A stretch of DNA of 64,000 bases from Myxococcota bacterium. GTDB lineage: Bacteria > Myxococcota_A > UBA9160 > UBA4427. The notes below the pieces were generated by a model that saw only the letters and a program-made list of their open reading frames with translations, made no database searches and was not told where the DNA came from. Positions 28,834 to 38,931 of this stretch are shown here, in pieces. Made by a program: the position numbers and the translations under genes. The DNA is taken from positions 6,571 through 70,570 of the forward strand of contig JAPKBZ010000002.1 of assembly GCA_028823175.1 (NCBI GenBank), written 5' to 3'. Within the stretch, counting starts at the first letter, position 1; the number at the start of each line of letters is the position of its first letter.

Positions 28834-29628
28834 TCAATCGAGCCCCATCATCGCAGCGATGCCGAAGCGATGGCCGGCGGTATAGCCGCCATCCACGGGA
28901 AGCGCCTGACCCGTGACAAAGGAGGCCTCGTCGGAGGCCAGGAAGAGCGCGCCATGGGCGATTTCCTCGGGGCGACCAAAGCGCCCGAGTTGGTGCGCTT
29001 CCCGGATCCTCTCGCGCACATCGGCCATGCCCTCGTTCTCCAGGGTGGCACTAAAAAGAGGCGTTTCGATAAAGCCCGGACAGACGGCGTTGACCCGGAT
29101 CCCCCGACGCCCATAATCGATCGCCATGTTGCGGGTCAGCAGGATGACCGCCCCCTTTGAGGCGTTGTAGGCGCTCCCCCCTTCGAAGCCCTCGATCCCC
29201 TCGACGCTGGCGACGTTGACGATGCTCCCCGCTTGCCGCGCCAGCATTCCGGGGACCACGGCCTGGCAGGCATGCAGGGTGCCCTTCAGGTTGATATCCA
29301 TCACCCGATCCCACTCCTCGTCGGGAATCAGGTGCACGGGACCGCCGCCCGCGACGCCCGCTGAGTTCACCAGGATATCCACCCGCCCAAACTCTGCCTC
29401 CACTTCGGCCACGGCGCCGAACACGGCGGACTTATCGCGCACGTCGAGCTTGTGCATCCGGCCGGCTCCCGAGAGTCGAGCCGCCTCGGCCCAGTCTCCG
29501 TCGTCGAGTTGCTGGATATCGATTCCGGCGATGCGAGCGCCCTCCTGGGCAAAACGCAAAGCAATCGCGGCACCGATCCCCGAAGCCGCTCCGGTGACGA
29601 GAGCCACCTTTTCATCAAGACGTCCCAT
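28834..29628 (-). CDS. SDR family oxidoreductase
   Basis: TGAASGIGAAIA cofactor motif and YNASKGAV catalytic YxxxK. Confidence 0.9.
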   Translation of the reverse strand: MGRLDEKVALVTGAASGIGAAIALRFAQEGARIAGIDIQQLDDGDWAEAARLSGAGRMHKLDVRDKSAVFGAVAEVEAEFGRVDILVNSAGVAGGGPVHLIPDEEWDRVMDINLKGTLHACQAVVPGMLARQAGSIVNVASVEGIEGFEGGSAYNASKGAVILLTRNMAIDYGRRGIRVNAVCPGFIETPLFSATLENEGMADVRERIREAHQLGRFGRPEEIAHGALFLASDEASFVTGQALPVDGGYTAGHRFGIAAMMGLD

Positions 29629-29687
29629 CTCTTCTCCTCGTTTTCATGACTCTATTCTCAGCCCAGCCCAGATCGCGTTCCCCCCGT

Positions 29688-30545
29688 TCACGGATCGGGC
29701 AGCGCGTCGGTGGGGTTTCGGGCCAGGCGAATGTCCTCGAGTCGAATATTGCAGGCATCGCGCCAGGAATTGCCTTCCGGGGCCAACACGTAGAAGCGAT
29801 TCTCGTAGATCGCCTCAATCGCGCGATCCGCCAGAACCGTGGGGTCGGAGCCCGTGGGCGTCGCCGCATGGATCGCCTTCTCCACAAGCTCGCGCTCGGG
29901 TGAGTCCCCTTCCCCGCTTTTGCGCTTCAAGTGTTCGGGGCGATTGCGCTCGCCCCGGGCAATCGCCGTATCCACGAGTTCGGGGCACAGGACCGAAACC
30001 CCGATGGCCGCCGAGCGCGCCTGCATCTCGGCATAGAGACTCTCGGAAAGCGAAAAGACCGCCGCCTTGCTCATGTAATAGGGCGCCGTGAAGGGGGCGG
30101 TGGTCACCGCGGCCATCGAGGCAGTATTGACGATATGGCTCGGCTCGCCGTGGGCGAGCATATGCGGCACGAAACTTCTGAGGCCGTGGAGGACGCCCCA
30201 GACGTTGACGCCGAAGACCCAATCGTAATCGGATTGGGGGGCCTCCCAGGAGAGTCCCGCCGCGAAAACCCCCGCATTATTGCAGAGCACATGCACCTTT
30301 CCGTAGGTATCCACGGCGCGCTCGGCCAGGGCACTCACCGAGTCGGCCTGGCTGATATCGGTCCGAACCGCCAGCACATCGTGCCCATCGGCTTTGAGGG
30401 CGCCCGCAGCCGCCTCGAGGGGGCCTCCCTCCACATCGGCCATGACGATCTTCATCCCCTGGGCAGCCAAACGCTGGCAAAAAGCCCGACCGATCCCACT
30501 CGCAGCGCCTGTGACCACCGCAACCCGCCCGCCCAACTCCTGCAT
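29688..30545 (-). CDS. SDR family oxidoreductase
   Basis: TGAASGIGRAF, NNAG and YYMSKAAV motifs. Confidence 0.9.
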   Translation of the reverse strand: MQELGGRVAVVTGAASGIGRAFCQRLAAQGMKIVMADVEGGPLEAAAGALKADGHDVLAVRTDISQADSVSALAERAVDTYGKVHVLCNNAGVFAAGLSWEAPQSDYDWVFGVNVWGVLHGLRSFVPHMLAHGEPSHIVNTASMAAVTTAPFTAPYYMSKAAVFSLSESLYAEMQARSAAIGVSVLCPELVDTAIARGERNRPEHLKRKSGEGDSPERELVEKAIHAATPTGSDPTVLADRAIEAIYENRFYVLAPEGNSWRDACNIRLEDIRLARNPTDALPDP

Positions 30546-30736
30546 ACGCGTCCTTCCTCTCGAGACCAGTCCGAAACGCGAGATGCGCCCGGCGAAATAC
30601 GAATGCTACACGGATCCCCAGGCTCTGCCCGCGCATGAACCCGTGAAAGCGGGCATCGTTCAGGGTAAGATCTTAAATCGCGCCCCCTCCCTGCCCGGCC
30701 TCCCGGCCCCCGGCAGCCACACTCGGAAGGCCAGCC

Positions 30737-32422
30737 TTGACTCTACGCGAAGAGATCCGCCAACAATTGACCGGCCCCGAGGGCCCCTTCGAACTCACCG
30801 AGGAAATAACCTTTGGGGAGACCATGGAGGTCTTCAAAAACCGAGAGAGATCGGTTCGCGAGCTCCTGCAGAAATCCGCGAGTCACGGTGAGCAGGAATA
30901 TATCGTCCAGGGCGACCTGCGGATCAGCTACGCCGACCACGTCCAACGTGTGGCAAGGATCGCCCGATCTCTCGCCGAGGAGCATGGGATTCAGAAGGGC
31001 GACCGGGTGGCCCTACTCGCGGCCAACAGCGCGGAATGGGTCATGACCTGGTGGGCCGTAGCCAGCCTGGGCGGAATTTTAGTGGCCTTCAACGGACTCT
31101 GGACCGCCGACGAGATCGAGTACGCCGCCGGACATAGCGAACCCAAGCTCCTGATCGGGGATCGCAAGCGCCTGACACGAATCCAGGAACTCGACCTGGG
31201 CGTTCCTACCCTGGAAATCGAGAGCGAGTTCGCCGGGCTGATGGAGGGCGGGCCCGTTCCCGAACTGCCCGCCGAGCCCATCGACGAAGACGACCCGTGC
31301 CTGATTCTCTACACGAGCGGCACCACGGGCCGACCCAAGGGGGCCGTGGTGAGCCACCGGGCTCTGGTGGGTTTCGCAAAAACCCAGGCTCTCCACGGGC
31401 TCGAACGCTTCATGATTGCAGCCCAGAGCGAGGCGACCAGCGCGGACCCGGGCGAAGCACCGAGCCCTTGCAGCCTGGTCACGGTTCCCCTCTTTCACCT
31501 TTCGGGTCTCTACGCGGCGGTCATCATGATGCTGACCCAGGGTATCAAGACCGTGTACCGCGACGCACGTTTCGACCCCGAGGACGTCATGCGTCTCATG
31601 GAAAAAGAGAAGGTCACGATGTGGAGCGCCCTCGGGAGTTCCGGCGCCCTAGTGATCAATCACCCTGCCCGGAAGCGTTACGACCTCTCCAGCCTGCGCG
31701 GCATTGGATTCGGCGGAGCGCCGACCAGCCCGGACCTCCAGAAAAGGATGCGCGAAGCCTTTCCCAACGCGGCCGGAAATCTCGGGCTGGGCTATGGGCT
31801 GTCGGAGTCCGGGGGAATGGGGACGATTATCGGGGGTGTGGAACTCGTGGAGCGGCCGACTTCGGCGGGCCTCCCCGCGGCAGCCCACCAGATCGAGATC
31901 CGCGACGACAACGACAAGCCCCTGCCCGCCGGCGAGTACGGCGAGATCCACATCCGTAGCCCCTACCTGATGCTGGGCTATTGGCGCAATCCCGAGGCCA
32001 CCGCGAAAACCATCAAGCCCGGGCAGTGGCTTGCCACCGGGGATATCGGTCGCCTCGACGATGCGGGCTACCTTTTCATCAACTCACGGGCCCGGGACAT
32101 GATTCTTCGCTCGGGAGAAAACGTTTATCCCGTTGAAATCGAACACCGCATCGATGCCCACCCCCAGGTGGGCGAGTGCGCGGTGGTGGGCGTTGACCAT
32201 GAAGAACTCGGCCAAGCGGTCAAGGCCATCGTCGTTCCCGCTCCGGGGGCGAGCCTGGTTCCCGATGAACTCGCCCGCTGGACGGCGGAAACCCTGGCGG
32301 CCTACAAGGTCCCCAGCGAGTGGGAAATTCGCCAGGACCCCCTGCCCCGAAATGCCGCAGGTAAAGTTCTGAAGAACGTCTTGACCGGCGAGAGTGAAAA
32401 TATCCAGATCGAAGACGAGTAG
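30737..32422 (+). CDS. AMP-dependent acyl-CoA synthetase/ligase
   Basis: ILYTSGTTGRPKGAV P-loop, GYGLSE, TGDIGRLDDAGYLFINSRARD, C-terminal GKVLK. TTG start. Confidence 0.9.
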   Translation: MTLREEIRQQLTGPEGPFELTEEITFGETMEVFKNRERSVRELLQKSASHGEQEYIVQGDLRISYADHVQRVARIARSLAEEHGIQKGDRVALLAANSAEWVMTWWAVASLGGILVAFNGLWTADEIEYAAGHSEPKLLIGDRKRLTRIQELDLGVPTLEIESEFAGLMEGGPVPELPAEPIDEDDPCLILYTSGTTGRPKGAVVSHRALVGFAKTQALHGLERFMIAAQSEATSADPGEAPSPCSLVTVPLFHLSGLYAAVIMMLTQGIKTVYRDARFDPEDVMRLMEKEKVTMWSALGSSGALVINHPARKRYDLSSLRGIGFGGAPTSPDLQKRMREAFPNAAGNLGLGYGLSESGGMGTIIGGVELVERPTSAGLPAAAHQIEIRDDNDKPLPAGEYGEIHIRSPYLMLGYWRNPEATAKTIKPGQWLATGDIGRLDDAGYLFINSRARDMILRSGENVYPVEIEHRIDAHPQVGECAVVGVDHEELGQAVKAIVVPAPGASLVPDELARWTAETLAAYKVPSEWEIRQDPLPRNAAGKVLKNVLTGESENIQIEDE

Positions 32423-32475
32423 CGGCGCCAAAGCACTATCCGCTTGAGCCCGCTCGCGAAAAAACCTAAAGGAGC

Positions 32476-34884
32476 GTGATGGAAGCTCATCAACCCGACG
32501 CATGGCCCCTGGCCGGCTGGCGAGTCGTCGATCTCTCGAGCGGCATCGCCGGCCCCTACTGCAGCAAGCTACTGGCCGATGCCGGAGCCGATGTAATCAA
32601 GGTCGAAAGCCCCGACGGCGGCGACCCGCTCCGGAACTGGACCGCCTCGGGAATTTCACTGCCCTCGGGTGAGGACGGCGTGCTCTTTCAGTTCCTTCAC
32701 GCCTCCAAGCGCAGTATCGCCCTCGACCCCTCACGCCCCGAGGACCGGGAGAAAATCCTCGGCCTTGCCGCGCGAGCCGACCTGCTCATCGAAGACCACG
32801 GCCCCGGCGGGCTCGCCGAACGCGGCCTGGGAATCGAGGAATTGCAGGCGGTGAACCCGCGGCTCTCGGTTCTCTCGATCTCACCCTGGGGGCTCGAGGG
32901 TCCCCACGCCGAGCGGCCCGCCACCGAGTTCACCCTCCAGGCCGCGACCGGCTCCATCGACTACCGCGGCCTCCCGGGCCGCAAGCCCGTGGCCGCAGGC
33001 GGGCGTATTGGCGAGTGGGCGGCGGGAAGCTTCGCAGCCCCGGCCGCGCTCAGCGCGGTCTTTTCCGCGCGCAAGACGGGCCGCGGGCACCACGTGGACC
33101 TCTCGATTTTCGAGAGCATGCTGACCTGCCTGACCATCTACCACGACCTGAGCGGCCAGTGGTTCGAGGGCCCGCTTCCTCGCGGCATCGAGATCCCCTC
33201 CATCGAGCCCGCGAGCGATGGCTACGTGGGTTATTGCGTCATCACCGGCCAACAGTGGACAGATTTTTGCGCGATGCTCGGCCGGCAGGATGTCGCCGAA
33301 GACCACCAATACCTCGATGGTCGGGCCCGGATGCAACACATCGACTTTATGCAGGAGATGATCCAGGGTTGGACATCCCAGCGAAGCGTCGAGGAATTGG
33401 TCGAACTTGCGGGACTCTTGCGGATCCCCGTGGCCGAAATCGGCAACGGCCAGAGCCTGCCCGAAATGGAACAGGTCAAGGCCCGGAAGATCCTCCGGGA
33501 AGGCCCGGGCGGTTTCCTCCAGCCCCGACCCCCCTACCAGCTGGGAGCCGCGCCCCTGCGCCCCCCGACCCCCTCTCCCCGGCTCGATGAACACGCCGAA
33601 GCGATCTTGGGCGAGTTGGTAGCGGCGCCGCCCCCCCAGCCCGAGGCGGACCCCTCCGCCGACGCGCTCCCCCTTGCGGGCCTGCGCGTGGTGGACCTCA
33701 CCGCATTCTGGGCTGGCCCGGTCGCCGCCTCCTACCTCGCCGATATGGGCGCGGATGTCGTCAAGGTGGAATCTATCCAACGCCCGGACGGCATGCGCTT
33801 CGCGGGCGCTGTGCCCAACGATGAAATCTGGGAATGGTCGCCTGTCTTCCACGGCGCAAACCCCGGCAAACGCGGGATCACCCTGGCACTGGATAGCGAC
33901 GAGGGCATGCAGCTCCTCCGAAAGATGCTCGCGGATGCCGACATCGTGATCGAAAACTATTCCGCCCGGGTGCTCGAGAATTTCGGGATCGGCTGGGAAG
34001 AAGTCAGTCAAATCAACCCGCGCATCATCATGGTTCGAATGCCCGCCTTCGGGCTCGAGGGCCCCTGGCGAGATCGAGCCGGCTTCGCGATGACCGTGGA
34101 GCAGGTGAGCGGGCTGGCCTGGCTCACGGGCTACCCCGATCTGCCCCTTGTCATTCGGGGGGCGTGCGACCCCATCGGGGGCATGCACGCCGTCTACGCC
34201 CTGCAACTTGCCCTCGAACATCGCCGACGCACGGGCGAAGGGCAGCTTGTCGAAGTCCCCCTGATGGAAGTCGCGATCAATCTCGCCGCCGAGCAGGTCA
34301 TGGAATTCTCCCACTACGGCCAACTTCTTACCCGAGACGAAAACCGGGGACCGGTTTCGGCGCCTCAGGGCGTCTACCGAACAATCGAGGCCGACGAACT
34401 CATCGCCCTGGCGATTCCAGACGACGCCTGCTGGCGGGCGCTGCGCGAAATCATGGGCGACCCGGAGTGGTCCCAAGACCCGGGCCTGGATTCACGCAAG
34501 GGTCGCCGAGCCCAACACGACGCCATCGACGAAGCCTTGGAGGCGTGGCTGACCACCAGACCCCGCGAAGAGGTCCTCGCCGAATTTCGGAAGGCAGGGA
34601 TTCCGGCCGAGACGGTCATCAATGCCCACGCCCTCTCCCCCAACCCCCAACTCGAGGCTCGTGGTTTTTTTCAGGTGATGGAGCATCCTCGTTCGGGCGA
34701 GGCGCGCTACCCTGGCCTTCCCATGGCGTTCTCTGGGCTACCCCGGGCCCTGCATCGTCGCCCACCCCCGACCCTGGGGCAGCACAACGACGAAGTCCTC
34801 GGCCGGGAACTCGGGCTGACTTCGGAAGAATTGGCGCGTTTGCGCAAGGAGGGAATCATTGGTGAACGCCCTTCCTTCATGTGA
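32476..34884 (+). CDS. tandem-fused family III (CaiB/BaiF) CoA-transferase (two complete modules in one chain)
   Basis: Two copies of the N-terminal signature: GWRVVDLSSGIAGPYCSKLLADAGADVIKVESP and GLRVVDLTAFWAGPVAASYLADMGADVVKVESIQRPD. They are joined by a Pro-rich linker. ATG 32479 is an alternative start. Confidence 0.85.
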   Translation: MMEAHQPDAWPLAGWRVVDLSSGIAGPYCSKLLADAGADVIKVESPDGGDPLRNWTASGISLPSGEDGVLFQFLHASKRSIALDPSRPEDREKILGLAARADLLIEDHGPGGLAERGLGIEELQAVNPRLSVLSISPWGLEGPHAERPATEFTLQAATGSIDYRGLPGRKPVAAGGRIGEWAAGSFAAPAALSAVFSARKTGRGHHVDLSIFESMLTCLTIYHDLSGQWFEGPLPRGIEIPSIEPASDGYVGYCVITGQQWTDFCAMLGRQDVAEDHQYLDGRARMQHIDFMQEMIQGWTSQRSVEELVELAGLLRIPVAEIGNGQSLPEMEQVKARKILREGPGGFLQPRPPYQLGAAPLRPPTPSPRLDEHAEAILGELVAAPPPQPEADPSADALPLAGLRVVDLTAFWAGPVAASYLADMGADVVKVESIQRPDGMRFAGAVPNDEIWEWSPVFHGANPGKRGITLALDSDEGMQLLRKMLADADIVIENYSARVLENFGIGWEEVSQINPRIIMVRMPAFGLEGPWRDRAGFAMTVEQVSGLAWLTGYPDLPLVIRGACDPIGGMHAVYALQLALEHRRRTGEGQLVEVPLMEVAINLAAEQVMEFSHYGQLLTRDENRGPVSAPQGVYRTIEADELIALAIPDDACWRALREIMGDPEWSQDPGLDSRKGRRAQHDAIDEALEAWLTTRPREEVLAEFRKAGIPAETVINAHALSPNPQLEARGFFQVMEHPRSGEARYPGLPMAFSGLPRALHRRPPPTLGQHNDEVLGRELGLTSEELARLRKEGIIGERPSFM

Positions 34885-35731
34885 ACTCTCCTGCGAACGC
34901 CGCCCGAGCAAGTCGGCCCCATCCCCGCGCTCTGCCCTTGCCCTCTTTCTGCTCGTCGGCTTCTTCGTGGGCACCCTTGCCCAGAGTGGCCTCGCCGCCG
35001 GCTATCAGGAAGCCTACGGCCAGTACAAGCAAGCCCTCGCCGAGAAGGATCTCGAGAAGGCACTCCTCTACGCCAACAAGGCCCACACCTTGGTGCAGCA
35101 GGAACTCGGCCCTAGCCACAATAAGACCGGCGTTCTCTCCTACAACCTCGGTGCCGTCAACTTCCAACTCACCCGCTACCGAGATGCACTTGCCCCCCTG
35201 CAGCAGGCGGTGAGCATCTACTCGGAGATCTACGGCCCCGAATCCGAGAAGAACCTGCTGCCTCTAGGCAAACTCGCCGAAACCACCCGGGCCCTGGGCG
35301 CCCTGCCCTGGGCCGAGCGTCACTGGACCCGGAGCATCGAAATTCTCGAAGTCAACAAGCCGCGCACCGCGCCTGAAATCACGGTGATCCTCCTCGAGTT
35401 ACTCGAGGTCGCCCAGGATCTCGGGAAGGCAAAACGGATGCGAACCTACGCCAAGCGCGTCCTCTACAATCTCAATGCCGCAGGAGTTTCCGACAGCATG
35501 CAGATGGGAGGCGTGCACATCAGCCTGGCGATGGCGGAGATCATGCTCGGCAAGGCCATCCCCGCCAATGAAAATCTCGAACGCGCGATCGAACTCTACG
35601 AAATGCATCTCCCCCCGGATGATTCCAAACTTCTCGACCTCTATGTTTTCGCTGCCGATGCCTTCGAGCAGACCGGGCGACCAGGGTTGGCTCGAAAGTG
35701 CAGACGCAAGATCAAAGAGTCCGAAAGCTAG
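34859..35731 (+). CDS. TPR-repeat protein with N-terminal signal/anchor
   Basis: AAGGAGGG SD 6 nt before TTG 34859. Hydrophobic ALALFLLVGFFVGTLAQS segment, then TPR-like repeats (YGQYKQALAEKDLEKALLYANKA...). It ends 17 nt before the autotransporter gene. Confidence 0.65.
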   Translation: MVNALPSCELSCERRPSKSAPSPRSALALFLLVGFFVGTLAQSGLAAGYQEAYGQYKQALAEKDLEKALLYANKAHTLVQQELGPSHNKTGVLSYNLGAVNFQLTRYRDALAPLQQAVSIYSEIYGPESEKNLLPLGKLAETTRALGALPWAERHWTRSIEILEVNKPRTAPEITVILLELLEVAQDLGKAKRMRTYAKRVLYNLNAAGVSDSMQMGGVHISLAMAEIMLGKAIPANENLERAIELYEMHLPPDDSKLLDLYVFAADAFEQTGRPGLARKCRRKIKESES

Positions 35732-35748
35732 GAAAACTAGGGGGACAC

Positions 35749-38700
35749 ATGCAGCGACATCATTTTCAACGCGGGGCCTGGACAAGCTTGCCTCTGGTGA
35801 TCGCCGGGCTCGCCCTGGCTCTCGGGGCCCGTGCCGATGACGTCGTCGTCGTCATCGTCGTCCCCGATATCTTCGCCGTGGTCAACAACGCTCGCGAAAT
35901 CCCGGGGAGTCTCGACAGCGCCCTCCTATCGGCCAATGATGGGGAGAACCCGGACAACTCGATCGAGTTCAATCCGAACGATCTCGAATTCCTCACCCTC
36001 ACTCTCGACAAGGACTTGCCCCTGCCCGCAATCGACCTGCAACTCCTCGATCCGGGGACGGAACGCAAGGTCAGCCTCGATGCCACCGGAACGATCAACT
36101 TCTGGATCACGACCGCGGAAGACGTCGGGCCAGAATTCAAATTACTGCACGTCAAATCCGGACAGGCCACCCTGGTCGACCTCGATATCTTCGGCAGCGC
36201 CCAAGTCGATAGTGAAGATATTCCTTCCCAATTCGTGGTCGACGCGGGCGCGACCCTCGGTTTCGACTACAGCTTCGAGTACCAGATCGGCGACGACATC
36301 AACGGCGAGGGCAGCTTGGTCAAGGAGGGCGACACCCTGCTCGACCTCCTGGGAAACAACACCTACAGCGGAGGCACCCAGATCCTCGAGGGCGAACTGC
36401 GCGGCCACGGGGAAGGAATCCAGGGGGATTTCTCCGTGGCGAAGGACGCCACCCTTACCTGGAAAGACGACGCCATCAGCCAATTCTCATATATCGGCGA
36501 GATCACCGGCGAGGGAAAATTCACCAAGGACGGAACGCGTACCCTTCGATTCGTTGAAGGCCAGGGAAGCGTCGCCGTCGACCAGGGCATCGAAATCCTG
36601 GTGGGCACCCTCTACGGAGAGTCCACCACCATCTCCGGCGATGTCACGGTCGCCCAGGGCGCCACCCTGCAACTCTACGGATCGACGGCGGATCCCGACT
36701 TCCCGGGCAAAATCAGCGGAGCTGGCCAAGTCGAGAAAGTCGGTTTCAACGACCTCCAACTTTCGGGAGCGAACTCGTTTAGCGGAGGGCTCCTGGTGAC
36801 CTCCGGACGTATCTTGGGCGACTCTTCGAGCCTCCCTGGCAGCATCGAACTCGACCTTTCGAGTACCGAGGTCGTCTTTGATCAAGACGAGGACGGGGTC
36901 CATTCCGGGGCCATCACGGGCCTGGGTAGACTGACCAAGCGAGGAATCAACTCAACGCTCACCCTGGCCGGCGAGAACAGTTACGCAGGGGGCACCAGCG
37001 TTCAGGAGGGGACCCTGCGCCTCGACACCCTGAGCCTGCCCGATGACGTGGAGGTGAGCGGCGGAGCGACCGTCGATTTCTCCCTCGGCGACGAGCAGAC
37101 CTACAGCCATATCGTGAGCGGCGCGGGCAACTTCGTGAAATCCGGATCGGGGTCGTTGAGCCTCGCTGCCGGCCAGGAGTACACCGGCGAAACCCAGATC
37201 ACACTGGGAGCCCTGCGCCTACTCGGCGATCTGCCCTCGACCTCCAATATGGTAGTGGAGGCCGGCGGCAGTCTGGTCAACTCTGCGGGAGCCCTGGTGC
37301 TCGGCGGCGGGCTGACCAATCGCGGCCTTCTCGACTTGGGCGGGGCCACGGACAGCGTGACCTTGGCAAGCGAGATCACTTTCGAGGCAGGCGCAGAACT
37401 CGTGGTGGCCGTCAATGATCAGATCCAGGCCTCCCTTCTCAGCGCAGGAAATAACCGCGTCAACCTCGACAATATCGTGGTCTCCATCACACCCTCCCCG
37501 GGGCTCTACGACGCGATCGAGACCTATGAAATCATCGAGGCCTTCGAAATCTGTACCCCAGATTTCTGCGGTTTCGACGGAGGAACCGAGGGCATCGGCA
37601 CAACGGCGCCCGATTTTGCGTTTCTGGAAATCGGACCGCTCACCGTAAAACCCCGGGACGGGGGCATCCAAAAGCTGACCTTCACCCTGGTACAGAACGC
37701 GAGCCAGCTCGACAACTACGCCCAAACCCCCAACCAAAGGGCCACGGCCCCAGCCTTCGACCAACTCCTCGACTCGGGCTCACCCGATGCCCTCGAGATT
37801 CAGGAGAGCCTGAACATCCTGACCACGAGCCAGGTCCCCGGCGTACTCAACCAAGTTGCCGGCGAAAGTTTGGGGGCTTTCACGAACCCGCGTCTGGCCA
37901 ATGCCACCGCCTTTGCCCAGGCGATCTCCCGGCGCTTTACCGCAAACGACTACCGGTCGGGCAGCTTGAACCGAAAGCAGGCACGCGGGGGAGCGGCCGG
38001 CAAGCCCCTGGCCGCTGCCGGAGCCGCGGGCGGCAAGGAAAGCTCGACCCGAGGCGCCGGGGGTTGGCTCGACGCCGGGGGCCTTTTCTCGCAGCGAGCT
38101 GGAGACGTCAACGCCTCGACCATCAAGAACGATAGCGGCGGACTCGCCGTGGGCTTCGACAGCGGCTTGCCCGGCCGGGATGACTGGAGGCTCGGGGTCG
38201 GCTTCGGCTACACCCGCTACTCCCTGACGGGCAACCGGGGGCTCAGCGCCGAGGGCAACACCTACCAAGCCGCCCTGTACGGGAGCTGGGAGGGCGATCG
38301 CTATTACGCCGGCTTTGCGGGTCGCTACGCGTACACCGATTTCGAAACCGACCGACGAATCGCCTTCGCGGACATCAACCGCCGGGCCGGGGCTCGTTCA
38401 TCGGGCCAGGAGGGCGGCTTCCTCGCCGAGGCCGGCATACTTCTGGGGGACCCGACCCGGCTGGCCTACCGGCCCATGGTGCGCCTCCAGTACAACCGAC
38501 TGACCCAGGATGCCTTTCAGGAAAATGGCGCTGGGGACCTCTCCCTGGCCGTCCAATCCGAGAGCTTCGACTCGTGGCAGACCACCCTGGGCGCACGCAT
38601 CAGCACCCTCTTCACCCTGAACGGCGAATTCGGGATCGAGCCCGAATTTCGTGCGGGCTGGACGCATGATTTCGGAGACCTCGCCCGGCCCGTAGCCGCG

Positions 38701-38895
38701 AGCTTCTACAACGTGCCCGGGGCCGATCCATTCGTCACCAACGGCGCCCAGGCCGACGACAACCAACTCTTCGTCGGCATCGGCTACCTCATGAGCATCG
38801 CCGAAATTCCCCTGGTCGGCCTCGACTACGATTACTACACGGGCAGCGGTTATCACCTCCACGTGGTCTCCGCCGAGTTCTACCTGCGGTGGTGA
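35749..38895 (+). CDS. autotransporter with autotransporter-associated beta-strand (PATR) repeats
   Basis: Start reassigned to ATG 35749 (MQRHHFQRGAWTSLPLVIAGLALALGARA). At least 5 PATR-like units, for example GLGRLTKRGINSTLTLAGENSYAGGTSVQEGTLRL. C-terminal beta-barrel ending ...EFYLRW. Confidence 0.85.
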   Translation: MQRHHFQRGAWTSLPLVIAGLALALGARADDVVVVIVVPDIFAVVNNAREIPGSLDSALLSANDGENPDNSIEFNPNDLEFLTLTLDKDLPLPAIDLQLLDPGTERKVSLDATGTINFWITTAEDVGPEFKLLHVKSGQATLVDLDIFGSAQVDSEDIPSQFVVDAGATLGFDYSFEYQIGDDINGEGSLVKEGDTLLDLLGNNTYSGGTQILEGELRGHGEGIQGDFSVAKDATLTWKDDAISQFSYIGEITGEGKFTKDGTRTLRFVEGQGSVAVDQGIEILVGTLYGESTTISGDVTVAQGATLQLYGSTADPDFPGKISGAGQVEKVGFNDLQLSGANSFSGGLLVTSGRILGDSSSLPGSIELDLSSTEVVFDQDEDGVHSGAITGLGRLTKRGINSTLTLAGENSYAGGTSVQEGTLRLDTLSLPDDVEVSGGATVDFSLGDEQTYSHIVSGAGNFVKSGSGSLSLAAGQEYTGETQITLGALRLLGDLPSTSNMVVEAGGSLVNSAGALVLGGGLTNRGLLDLGGATDSVTLASEITFEAGAELVVAVNDQIQASLLSAGNNRVNLDNIVVSITPSPGLYDAIETYEIIEAFEICTPDFCGFDGGTEGIGTTAPDFAFLEIGPLTVKPRDGGIQKLTFTLVQNASQLDNYAQTPNQRATAPAFDQLLDSGSPDALEIQESLNILTTSQVPGVLNQVAGESLGAFTNPRLANATAFAQAISRRFTANDYRSGSLNRKQARGGAAGKPLAAAGAAGGKESSTRGAGGWLDAGGLFSQRAGDVNASTIKNDSGGLAVGFDSGLPGRDDWRLGVGFGYTRYSLTGNRGLSAEGNTYQAALYGSWEGDRYYAGFAGRYAYTDFETDRRIAFADINRRAGARSSGQEGGFLAEAGILLGDPTRLAYRPMVRLQYNRLTQDAFQENGAGDLSLAVQSESFDSWQTTLGARISTLFTLNGEFGIEPEFRAGWTHDFGDLARPVAASFYNVPGADPFVTNGAQADDNQLFVGIGYLMSIAEIPLVGLDYDYYTGSGYHLHVVSAEFYLRW

Positions 38896-38931
38896 GCGCG
38901 CAAGCCGCCCGTTCGGCGCCGTCGCGAACGC

